This document shows positions 1 through 17,144 of a stretch of DNA of 64,000 bases, in pieces (position 1 is the first letter of the stretch; each line of letters begins with the position of its first letter). The position numbers were made by a program, and so were the translations under genes. This stretch comes from the human T2T-CHM13v2.0 reference genome, Homo sapiens. Under the pieces are notes generated by a model. That model saw nothing but the letters and a program-made list of their open reading frames with translations. It did no database searches and was not told the origin of the DNA. The stretch lies in the NCBI RefSeq assembly GCF_009914755.1, contig NC_060938.1, one strand, 5' to 3'.

Positions 1-816
1 ACTGCGTCTGCTGTCCCAGGTCTCAGGAACCTATAGCCGATCTCCTCACTGACATGATGGAGCTCTCACATCCATAAGGTTCCTCCCTGACCCAGGGCTT
101 AATGCCAGCCCCCAGGGAGACTCAGGGGCTGTGCCCACAGAGGAGCCTGTGCCCCAGCCCCTGGAGCCTGTCCTGGAGTTGCCCCGCTATGAGTCGGAGG
201 TCCCTGCCACACACGTGGGCTGAGGCGCCTGCTGTCAGCTCAGGGGAGACTCAGGTATTGCTGGTTCCAGCCCTGGGCCTAACAGCAATAAGGGACCCGG
301 GGAGGTTGAGCTCTCCAGAAAAACATGAGTGTGTGGGAGAGGAAGTGATGACAACAGGCCTGGCTTCTCTTCCAGGCTCTGTCGCTCACCAACGATGTGA
401 TCTCAGAAAAGTATTTCCACCTCTCCATCTTCCTTTTGAAGTGGGAATATGGGGAGAATGAGGTGAAATCAATGTAAATGTGAAGCTGGACAACGGGAAG
501 GGGCCTCAGAAGCAGCGCTTTGCGGGGAGGAGAGGGCTGGGTTTCGAACCCACAAAGCCTTCAGGACCTGTGAGGGCCCCAGCAGGTAGAGGAGCGGACC
601 ATGAACCAGGTAGGAGAGAGGGAAGAGGGGACTGAAAAGGTCGTCAGGCCATCAGAGAAGTTAATGAATTCACCTCACCCTTTCAAGCCAGGAGTTCTAA
701 CCAAGAGATCAAGGGCAGAGGCCCCTGGGGGCAGGAAGGTGGGGACCGGAGAGCAGTGAGGAGATGACACAGTGTCCTCTGGAATCTGGGTAACAAGCTC
801 TGAAGGGCCAGAGCTA

Positions 817-1391
<575 letters not shown>

Positions 1392-2382
1392 TCACACCCG
1401 ACCGAGCCCCGCCCCCCAGCTCTTACCCTCTGTAGGGGCCCACCCTGTGCTGGGCACTTTGTGAGAAATGGAATTCCATCCCCCAACTCACTCTGCCCCG
1501 CAGGATCACCAAGGTTCGGACGCCTGGGTTCAAATCCTGGCTCTGGCCAAGAGGAGCTAAAACTCTGCGTGCCTCAGTTTCCTCCTGTGTGAAGCGCAGA
1601 TAAGAATTCAGGCAGGGAGACTCACGGCGCTCTCCCCCAGCGTCAGCTCCAGAGGAGGCTGAGGGAGAACTCCTCACCCAGCAGAGCCTGTGGGTTGTGC
1701 AGAGAGGCTCGCTGCGCTGCCTTGCACACAGGCCATCCCCACGCACTCTCAGGGCTTCTCGTGCTCATGGGCCAGTCTAGGGGGCTGTGGGGATGCTCAG
1801 TCCCTGTGTTCAGGAAACTCCTGTCCCGGAAATCAGCCTGGGGCGCCTCCAGCTCCTGCCATGCTTTTTGTCTCCAGTGAGCCCGATCTCACCCGAGGGT
1901 CTCGCTGTTCTTCCCCGGATGGGCTCAGTCCAACAGAACCAGCCTGTGCTGTGCAGCCATGTGGAGATGTGGGTGGAAGGGAGCCCCATGGCCATCCAAG
2001 ATCCAGGTTCCTCTCTCCTTGACACACCCTCAGAGAGGTGACGAGAGGAGCCAAGGAATTCATACACGCTAGGGGCCTGGAACCGTGGCTGACCCTTGGT
2101 AGATGCCCAGTAATTGCCAGCTGCCTGAAGTCACCAGGCTTGTGTCTACCAAGACCCTGGCCTGGGAATCTCTCACCAGGAGCTGGAATCCTTGTTGCTC
2201 TGCCTCCATAGCCCATTTGTGTGGGTACTTAGGGTGGTGACACCAGCTGCCAAGTGCCACCCGAGGGCTCCTGGGTGTGACTGGGAAGGACTCGTTCTCT
2301 CCACTCTAGTGAGGGGTCCTTGTGTGAGGATAAAGGGAGTTAGACCCTCTCATTCTCACTACATCTGCTTCTGTTTCATGTA

Positions 2383-2644
2383 ACACACACAGTTACAGAC
2401 ACACACCGACTCAGAGACACACAATCACAGAAACACACAGACACACCCTCAGTTTAGATACAAACACCTAGAGACAGAGACACATGTGCACTCAGGCACA
2501 CACACTCACAGACACACACACAAACAAGGAAAGACATTACAGTTACATGCCAACACACAGAGACACACACACACACACACACACAAAGACACATTGACAT
2601 ATAGCATCACACAGAGACACGGATACTCAGATGCACACACACAA

Positions 2645-2692
<48 letters not shown>
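2383..2692. repeat. CA-rich low-complexity tract ending in a pure (CA)n microsatellite (2646-2692)
   Basis: Direct reading; produces the HTHT/CVCV pseudo-ORFs. Confidence 0.97.
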
Positions 2693-2694
<2 letters not shown>

Positions 2695-3921
2695 TGCAGC
2701 CCCTCTCTTCCTGGACCACACAGACACCACAAAAGGCCATACACCTGACTCCCTGCAACTCGGGTCCCAGGCCTGGCAGGGGGGAAGCTGTTGCCGTGAC
2801 CCCGGCAGTCACCTGCAGACAACCTGTCCTTCAGGCCGAGGGTGGTGATTCTCTGTTAGTGAGAATGGGAGGCTCAGGATGGTGACTTGTCCATGTCACT
2901 CAGTGTCACAGCGTTCTGCCTGCACTCAGGCCGGGGTGGGCCCTCCTGCGGTGACTGATGCCAGGCTACATCTAGCAGCTGTATGAGCTCCCCAAATCAC
3001 TGATTTCTCTGACCCTCTGTTGACCACCTGTAAGCGAACCTGATAATACCTGCCCTACCTCCCCTCATGGGGATATAGCTTCTAGGACAGTACTTTGTGA
3101 GTTATAAGAAACTGCAAAAATTCTTAGCCACCTTGATGGAGAAGATAATGAGAACTAGACCCCGCCCCTTGGGAGGGCTCCCAATAAGCCCAGATCAGCC
3201 ATGTTCACTTCAATATAAGGCAGTTTGTTTTATTCCTTTCCTTGGGCTAAGAGAGAAATTGTAGCTGCCCCCTGAGGGAAGGAATAGAATGAAATGTTGG
3301 TGGTGGGAGTGGTCGGGAGAAGGTGCCTGCTGTACAGAGAGAGAGACTCCAGGCTCAGTGAGGGACCTGCCCTCCTGCTGTCCCTCCTCAGGAGGCCAAG
3401 GCCTGCCTCTGTCTGGAACAGGGGACATGGGACCTAGACACCATTGCAGGGTAGGTTTACAAGGGCCACCTCTATCCCGTTCCTGAGGCTACACACAGTT
3501 CACCTCTGAAGTCATTTTTGCTGCAGAATCTGCCTGATAGTCGGGGTTTTGCGCTCATCTCCATTTCGCTCTCACCTGGAGGGGCTCCCTGTTGGAGGGG
3601 CTGTGAGTCTGCACCCCCCAGGGGGGCACAGCCACCTCCAGATCTGGCCCTGGCTCTGCTGTGCCACTGCCTGAGAGAACGACCCCACCATTTCTCTCCA
3701 TCCCCTGGCGGGGGAGTTTCACCCTGGCTCCGAGCCTTGGTGCTGCTGGCCCTCCACCTCCAACCCTCTTCCTTCTCCTTCTGTACCTTGGCCCTTCCCG
3801 ACATCCCAGGTGCGGTCTTTGGGTTGGGCTTCCACAGCTCTCCTTGGTGGCGCTTCCTTCACACTCCTTTCATTCCTTCCCTCTTCCAGCCCCATCATCC
3901 CCTCACTGGTAAAGTAGGGCG

Positions 3922-4335
3922 TTCTACAGGCTCAACAGCGCCCCCCAGAGATATGTTACCAACTATGGAAGAAATGTCCTTGCAGATGTCGTTAAGGGTC
4001 TTGGTAGGAGAAGACAATCCAGGTGGTCCCTAAATGCTATCGCAAGTATCCTCCTGAGGGGGAGGGGGAGGGAGACCTGACACAGATGGAGAAAGAGGGG
4101 GCAGTGTGACAACAGAGGCCGTGACTGGAGGGGCAACAAGTCAAGGAATGCCGGCAGCCACCAGAAATTGGAAGAGGAAGAAGTGGCACATCCCCTAGAG
4201 CCTCCAAGGACACTCGGCTTTCCTGACACCCTGACCTTGTCCCAGTGATACTGTTCTGGACTTCTGGCCTCCAGAACTGTAAGAGAATGCATTCTATTGG
4301 AAACCACGGAGCTCATGGTAATCAGCTAAATCAGC
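3922..4335 (+). mobile_element. MaLR LTR, MLT1C/D-like
   Basis: ccttgcagatgt...ccctaaatgc...cccctagagcctcc...tggacttctggcctccagaactgtaagagaat. Confidence 0.75.
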
Positions 4336-5612
4336 TACGGCAGCCACAGGGGACTCACACGGGGTCCTCACCTCTGCTGCTTCTGCCGCAGTCTCCATGC
4401 GTCGGTCTCAATGTGAGATGCGATTTTTAAGAGCAGCCTGGGCCCTTTCCCTGTGCCTCCTCTGCCCCAGATCAGCAGTGGGCACAGGGCACACAGGTGA
4501 AAGACTGACGTGGGGCCGGCCTGAAGCCCTCAGAGCTCTATGGAATGTCAGGACTCCAGGGACCTCAATGCTCACATTCTCTGGTGAGGAAACTGGGGCT
4601 CAGGGAGAGGAGAGGATGTCCGCAGTGTTAGGTGGCACATTAGTGGTAGACCTGGGAAAAGATCCCAGGCTGATTCCTAGCTCAGGGTCATTGGTAACAA
4701 ACTTGTGAATATCTGTAATTTATTCCTCTGTTAGTTCCCTGACAGAGCACGGGGCACTGGGGGAAGGTAGCCACACCACTCACATTAACTAATATTTTTG
4801 GAATCCACAGTATTCATTAATGTTTGGTGGTCATTTGAGTAGCAGCACTTTTTTAGGGTGATGCTTTGCATATTATTCATGAAAGTAACCTAGGAGTTTT
4901 ATTTTACCTGTCTTGCAGGTGAGGGCGCCGAGGCACAGAGAGCTGTAACAGCCCACTCAGGATTGTATGCTAAGGAGAAGGTGGAGTTGGGATTCCTGTG
5001 TTCTTTCCACTTTGCTAAGAAGCCCTTAGCAATTTCATCCTAATATTTTAATGCTGAAAGACACTTACTTGATCAATCTCAGAACATATTTTGAGGGTAT
5101 TAACTGCCAATTAAAAGGAAAAAAAGTTTTTTACTTAAGACACACTGCTGACTTTGTTTGCTCCCCGTGCCCTCTGTCAAGGAAGCCCAGCAGAGTTTAA
5201 ACACAATTCTATTAGCTCTGATTGTTCATTCCTTTTTGTTGGTGTTGTTCCTAAATCATCCCAAACAGTGAGCACTTCAATTGTGGAAAATCAGCTTTGA
5301 CTTCTGAGAGCAAATGCCCCTGGAAGCTGTTGGCCAACAGTGCATGGGGTGGAGGCCGTCCCCTTGCTGGCTTGAGCCCCTATGAGTCTCTCCTGCGTGA
5401 CTCAGTGCTCACATTCCTACCGTTCCTTGCTCACCACCGGATCTGGGCGTATTTCTGCATGGCCTGTGCTGAGCATCTTGTAACTAGAACTTTCTAATGG
5501 GGTTTCCTTGTGGGAGTTCCTTTAGCCTTCCCGGTGTTTTTCAGATCTTAGTCACCGTTCCAGGCTTGCGTAGTAGGTGAAGACTTCTTTGATGCATTTC
5601 ATGAATTCTGGT

Positions 5613-5800
5613 TGTTTCAGTCAGGATGGGCAAGGATTGTGCTGCAGCAACCGAGAAGCTCACAGCTCAATGCTTCAACCCTTTAGAAAGGGTTGATTCC
5701 TCTCCCGCTCTACTTGTCCCATGTGGGATGAACAGAGGGGATCTACCCACCCTGGGGACACAGCAACCAGACTGAAGGAGGTTTCAGCTCCTCACTTCCC
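5613..5800 (-). mobile_element. Old MLT1 (J/K-like) LTR fragment
   Basis: tgtttcagtcaggatgggcaaggattgtgctgcagcaac resembles the reverse end of MLT1. Confidence 0.45.
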
Positions 5801-8069
5801 CGCTCCAGACCATCTGACTCTAGTTCCTTTCATCATTCCTGATGTCACGATTTCAACAGTAAGCGTGATACCAATGACAGTGATCAGAAAACTCCTACTG
5901 CCATTGAAGCGTCTGCTGTCAGCATCTTCCAAGCTTGGATAACCAGCCCTTCTGCCCTGCCCAAGTGCCACCCATTTGAGGAAAAGGACAAATGAATAAG
6001 ACATGTTTTTGTTTGTTTGTTTCTGATAGAGCTGATATTGGAGGGTGAGGCTTATGCCTGTTGGGATTTGGGCTTCTAGAAACTGACCTCTCATGCTGGT
6101 CAGCTTCACCATCTCCAGCAATGTGCGACTTAGGCCAGGCTCCACAACTAGGCCAGAGGAAGATTTCTGGGCTACATGGGACAAGGACAAGGAACTTTAG
6201 AGAAATAAGTCATTGCATTGAAACCTCAAATTTGATTTACATTTTGCAGATGAGGAAACTACGGCACAGAGAAGTTGAGGAACTTCCCTGAGAGCACACA
6301 GCCTGCCCTCTCCCATATGATACAATAGTGACACTCCTGCTTTTCCGAGTTGCTGCCTGGGTCCCTGCTGGGGAGGGAGTTTGCCTCAGTGAGAGTGCCT
6401 TTCTCTGACTTCTCTACTCAGGGTCATTCCATTTGTCCTTTTAGAACTGACCCAGGTTCCTGCGGAAGCTGTCCCTGGTTCTGAGTCCTGTGGTGTGCCT
6501 TGTTTACTTCACTGCCTGTGAATAATCCAACCAAGAGCAACACAAAGGCCTCAGCCTTTCAAGGAGCACTTGGGGTGTTTGAGGTCATCTGTGGGTGTAG
6601 GCTGACTGTTTCTCATGCCTCTGGAAAGGTCCTGGGTTACACCCTGACCCTCTCCACCCAGATCCATGGATGTACGCCTCATTTATTCACTGCTCCCCAC
6701 TGCCATAGACCAGCATTCTCCCTGGGATGGACCTGGGTTTCATTCTCTCTATCCCCCATACACAGCTCATGTTTGCTTGTTTGTTGTTTGGATAAATGCT
6801 TCCCGCTCGGATTTATGGAGAGGATCAAGTTGCTCCTGGGAAGGAGATCAGTGTGAAATCTGTATTTCCTGTTTCTGGTGTGAGAGCCTGGAAGCTCTCT
6901 GACTATTGTCCTCTTAACAAATGGGGCTCACAGGGTGCCCCCTGTCCGGCAGAGCTTGCACTTCAAACTAAGGCTTCCTTTATTTAGGCTTAAAATCTAA
7001 AATTCGTGTGTTCTCTCCCCTGCAAACTCCTAGGCGAGGTAAAAGGTCAGGACTCTAAGGTTCCTGGCTGAGCTGGAAGCTGTTTTCTGCGTTTCCCTCT
7101 CATCTGTTTCAGAGCAGGATGAGGTTCCTGCCTGCAGAGGGAAAGTGACTTGGAACACCCAGGGTGCCCCGCAGCTTGGCCTTCAGCTGATGTTAGGGCA
7201 CAGCAGGTTGATGCAGTGTGGTCCTGGAGGATGGAGTTGTTTATCGTGATCCCATATGGACTGAGGAAGTATGTGCTGTTGGGGACAGCCAGGCCTAACA
7301 GTGGAGAAGACCTGCCTTCCAGGCCCACACTGGACAGAGCATTTGACCTGCTGGGCCTGAGTTTCCCCATGTGTACTTTGGGGATAATGAGTCCTAGGCT
7401 GCGTCCTGCAGAACCTGTCTGGAGGATCACGTTGGACAGTGAATACATTTTTTTAAAACTCTGGAAGATACAGTGAAGCTGAGGTCTTATGGTTGTCCCA
7501 TCACGGACTTGTGACATATATTTGTCTTCCTCATAATGAGGTTGTCATGACACTCTGCCCATCCTTGACTGATCCCTGTTGATTCCCAGGGGAGCCCAGG
7601 AATTCCCTCTGGGAGGTTATGCTAGTTTGAATGGGGTCTCTCCCATCCTGACTGTCAACTCGTGTGTGACAGACAATTCTTCAAAGTAAAACGATGGTGT
7701 CTAAGGTGACCGCCCTCAGCGCTGCCACCTCCTTCCCTGCCCTGGGCTCTCCAGAAAGCCAACTTGTCTTTGACTCTGCCCCTGTTCTCCTACCAAATGC
7801 CAGTTAAATAAGAGGAGTCCTGTGGGTCGCCCAAGGCTGCGGGCTGTGTCAACATCTGGTGGATGAGCTTCTGCTCACCACCTTCAGCTCAATGCCTGCT
7901 CCACACTGGGCACAGGGTGTTTTTCTCATGAAGTGTGCTAGGCGTGAGCTGTGGGCCACCAGCAACCCTTCTGGTTTAAGGAGGAATTACCTCTGCAGAA
8001 GTTTAGCGTGACCCTCGAAGGGGAGAGTGTGGTGAGGTGGTATGGTTCAGAGGAACAAGTAGCCCATCA

Positions 8070-8230
8070 AGCCAGCTTTGCCACTTATGAGCTGTGTGAC
8101 ATTGTGGGAGACCAGTAGCCTCTCTGAGCCTCAGTTTCCTCAGATTTGGAGTTTAAGAGCACAGCAGATATACTCACACATCGCAGTGCTGCTACAGTGA
8201 GTAAATGAGAAACAGCCAGGGGAGGTACTT
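8070..8230. mobile_element. MIR fragment (representative; many more near 1530, 4580, 4900, 6240, 8360, 13630, 15020, 18440, 18700, 19250, 21380, 23400, 25720, 46500, 58500)
   Basis: Core motif ctgtgtgac...ctctgagcctcagtttcctc / acagatgaggaaactgagg. Confidence 0.75.
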
Positions 8231-8283
8231 CATAGGGATGTCTGATTCACAGAAAGCTCATAAGTGCAAGAAATGTAGTTCTA

Positions 8284-8289
8284 TTTATT
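8284..8289 (-). terminator. Distal polyadenylation signal AATAAA (long ~1.7 kb 3'UTR isoform)
   Basis: tttatt on the plus strand; the context AGAGAATAAATAGAACTACATTTC matches the recalled end of long SERPINA1 mRNAs. Confidence 0.8.
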
Positions 8290-8579
8290 CTCTGTTCTAA
8301 TGGGTATAAACATTTTGTTATCTAACTTGAACATCATACCAACTCAAAGGCAGGTCTTACTAGCAATGACTGGGGCTCAGAGAGGTTTGGCGACTTCACG
8401 AAGGTCACACAGCTGTCAGGGGGAAAAGTCAGAACTTGGATCCAGGTCTTCAGACTCTCAGGTCTGGTGTCATCCTAGGGGGCTTGGTGATGGCCATATC
8501 TTTAATGTATTTGTGGAGAGTGAAAGGCTGTCAGTGAGTAAGCTTAAGAGAACAGGAGACTTGTGTGGGAAACAGTCGG

Positions 8580-8725
8580 TATCCATTGATTAGACTGAAT
8601 CATGTAGAATTGCTAATTTCACCATTTTGAACTATCGAAATCACTATTTGGTATGACTCAACCTCATCCTTTAAGTACACATTCATGACAGTGAGTGGTT
8701 AGACAGTGATTCCTAGATTAGTTTG
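8580..8725. promoter_or_regulatory. SERPINA1 3' enhancer (cytokine-responsive) with intact TaqI site
   Basis: AP-1 TGACTCA 8654-8660, C/EBP(NF-IL6)-type TGGTGAAAT 8624-8616, octamer-like ATTTCGAT containing TCGA 8635-8638; ~1.25 kb past the proximal poly(A) site, matching the known location. Confidence 0.75.
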
Positions 8726-9905
8726 GGATGGGGCAGTGCCTTCCACAGGACAAGGCCATTCCTGGTAGAGACGGAGGGAGCAGGCTGTCCTTCAGCTAGG
8801 GGCCCAGGGGACTTCCTGGCTGCTGTGTCCTTTAGCAGGGCCTTGGAGGATGGAAGGACTCTCCTGGCCCTTACCACAGGGGCTATTCAGGAACAGCCTT
8901 CTGCCGTGGCACTGGAGCTGCGGTGGCCCTCTGAAGACTGCAGGGACAGCAACAGGCACAAAGAAGTCAGGCTGCATGTGGCCCCAGTCGGGACTCAGGG
9001 GAGGAAAGGGAGGGGTTGCGGGGGTCAATGGGTGATGTGCTTCCTCTCCCATAGCTGAGGAGTCCTTGCAATGGCCTTCCTGAGCCATCAGCAGGCCTAT
9101 GGCCATGTGACTAGGGAGGAGAAGGGATATAGGGTAATGGTCTTCTGGGGCCTGCTGGGCCTGGTCAAGTCTGAGGAGGAGATAGAGAAAACAAAGCAGA
9201 GACCCTCCTCTTCATCTGGGGAGAAGGGACCTGATTCTAAACGGAGATATGTGAGGCTTTCTGGGGCAGCGATGGAAGGACAAGGACAGAATAGGTGTCC
9301 TTGTTGCCCCATGGAGAATGGGCTTCAGGAAGAATCTGCCTCAGTCATTTTCCAGAAGTGCCTGAGAGGTGCAGGGCCCGAGTCTGGTTAGGTGACAGCG
9401 GGTCAAGAGGAGGACATTGTCCTCTCTCTTGTGTTGCTGCAGATGCCACAAAACTGGGCCACGGCACGATCAGGCAGTTCTGGGGCCCCCAGGAGGGCAG
9501 CCTTGGGGTGGGCACAGCCAGCCCTGGCAGGATGAGCAACTCTGGGTGGGGGGGAGTGGGGGATGAGCAGGGGGACATGAAGATGCTTGGTGGAGCCTGG
9601 GGTCATGGCTGGTATCTGGTTCCTCCCCTGTGATTCCTTCTTGGGGACTCCAAGACAGGACAAGGAAGACTGGAGCCCTCCAGAAACAGATGGGCCCAGG
9701 TCCGTAAGCTGAGGATTCAGTCCCCCCTGGATTCAAGCCCAGTATGTGCCTACCCAGCCAGATGCTCCATGAACACAGTTCAGGGGGCCCGAAGACAGCA
9801 CTGTTACCTGGAGCCCACATACAGCCTCAGCAGGCAAAGGGAGACTCAGAGAAAACATGGGAGGGATTTACAGTCACATGCAGGCAGGGACCAGCTCAAC
9901 CCTTC

Positions 9906-9911
9906 TTTAAT
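9906..9911 (-). terminator. Proximal polyadenylation signal ATTAAA (short 3'UTR)
   Basis: tttaat on the plus strand, 55 nt past the stop codon. Confidence 0.9.
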
Positions 9912-9966
9912 GTCATCCAGGGAGGGGGCCAGGGATGGAGGGGAGGGGTTGAGGAGCGAGAGGCAG

Positions 9967-14935
<4,969 letters not shown>

Positions 14936-16848
14936 TTACCATATGCCAAGCACTGTTCTCCGTGCTCACATGTGTTAATTCATTGCTTTCTTGTAACAAT
15001 CCCGTGAGGTGCTAATGCTAATATCCTTCTTTTACAGATGAAGAAACCAAAGCCAGAGAGATTAGGTCAGCTATTCAATGTCACTGAGGAAGTAGCAGAA
15101 CCAGAATCCTACATCTAGGTCCTGCACCCAGGCTCTGGACAGCAACACTTACATCTGCAATGACCCTAAGATGCAAATGGTACAGCCATTGTTTTACAAA
15201 AGAAGAAAATGAGGCACAAGAAGAGGAATGGGCCTGCCCACGATTATCCAGGAATCGGGCCAGATCAGAATCAAGAATCATGTCAAGCTGGAAGCCCTTG
15301 GAGGGCTTCTATCTAATCCCACTATTTAGTGGCCAGGGAAACTGCTGCACAGAAGGGAAATGCATCTTGCACAATGGCAACAGCTAGAGAGCATGGAGGG
15401 GCTGTGATTAAACCTCCTGGGAGCTGTTCCCACCCAACACTCACAAGGATCCTCAGCCCTTAGGGTTTTTTTCCCAAGAGACGGGGTTGTCCCCACAATG
15501 CTCTGTGGTCCCAGACACAAGAATAGGCTGATGCTCCTGCAGTCAGCTTACCTGCCGTCTGGGTCACTAATGGTGTCCCAGTTCTGGGCTCTTGCTGTCA
15601 GGGGCTTTAGAGACGCTCATCTCTCCTTGAAAGCAGGGGTTTGTGCTGCTTTAAAGTAGATGGAGGAGGTGGGAAGTGAAAAGACACCTCTTTTAACTTC
15701 AGATAGACCTGGGATCTAATCTGACTCTGTCACTTTCCAGGTGTATGAGCCAGGACAAGTCATTCATCTCCCTGGTCCTCATTTTGCCTCATACATAAAG
15801 TGATGTTTATGTATGAGAATTTAGTGAAATAAGTCTCAACACCAAACCTTACATCAAAAGGATCTGAGAGGGCAACTCTTTTGAGGGAGGGGTTGGCAGG
15901 TGTTGCAAATTCAAAGGCTTCAGGTGATAGGCCAGTGAGGAATACATGTTTCATACCCGGGGCTGAGACAATAGGGAGTGGTGGGGCCTGTGGCTGAACC
16001 AGCGAGAGCAGGCTCTGCCGAGCAATGGTCAAAGTCAACGTCATCCACAGCAACACAGAACCTGCCCTGCCCCACAGTGATCCTTCTACTCCAGATATGC
16101 CCAGGCTTCGGACCACCTGCCTGCAGCCCCCTAGGTAGAACCTGCCGTCTTCACAGATGGGAAAACTGAGGTCCTAGCTGAGGAGAATATGCCCGGCAGC
16201 CACATTGTTAACTACTAGTCACAAAACCAAAACCATCATCTTAACAAAATACAAAGAAAAAGGTGTCCTTGAATTTGGGAAATGAAAAACTGGAGAAAAA
16301 AAGCTGGAAATAACAAATATTGAGATTCTTCAACCCCCTTGGACTTTTAAAAGTTTCCTTCCAATAAAGCAACAAATGAAGTGCAAAGCTGGTTTCTCTC
16401 CACCACCTTTCTCCTGGCCCTCGTGCCTCTAAGTAATCCAAATGGAACAGACCACACATTACATAATACATGTTTGTATTTTTCTTCAGCTAGCTAGTGT
16501 TGTTAGAACTGAAGACGGTGCTAAAATTAGTGCTGTATATTTCCATCTCCCTTTAATTTCTCTTTCACTTCCCAACTGAACTTTGTGCAGTCCTTCATGG
16601 CTTATGGAAATTCCCCCATCATTACAGGGCTCAGTGGTCAGGAGGGAGTTGGGCCTCTGCAGGGTGGGGACACTAAATATGCTGAGTGGCCTCAGGGCCA
16701 GAGGTTGTGGCTTCTAGCCCTGGCAGGGCCATCACTATCCACTTGGCCTTTAGCAAGAATCCTCTGGTCCTGGGGCCTCACTCTCCCCAGTTGTGCAAAG
16801 TGGGGCTGGGAGAAGACTTCACTGGGGCCCTCTGTACACTAACATAGG

Positions 16849-17144
16849 TTTTTGGGTTTTTTTTGAGACAGAGTCTCGCTTTATCCGCCAGGGTGGAGTG
16901 CAGTGGCGTGATCTCGGCTCACTGAAACCTCCACCTCCCGGGTTCAAGAAATTCTTCTGTCTCAGCTTCCCAAATAGCTGGGATTATAGGCGTGTGCCAC
17001 CACGCCTGGCTAATTTTTGTATTTTTAGTAGAGCTGAGGTTTCACCATGTTGGCCAGGCAGGTCTTGAACTCCTGACCTCTTGATCCGCCTGCCTTGGCC
17101 TCCCAAAGTGCTGGGGTTACAGGCGAGAGCCCCTGCACCCAGCC
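16849..17144 (-). mobile_element. Alu in SERPINA1 intron Ic-II (sense to the transcript)
   Basis: Reverse Alu consensus with T tail. Confidence 0.95.

Noticed and set aside
2486-2885. His/Thr- and Cys/Val-repeat ORFs
   Set aside because: Translations of the (CA)n microsatellite
5792-6190. 132-aa minus-strand ORF with a hydrophobic stretch
   Set aside because: No family recognised, no supporting exon structure; a BLAST/PhyloCSF check would be needed
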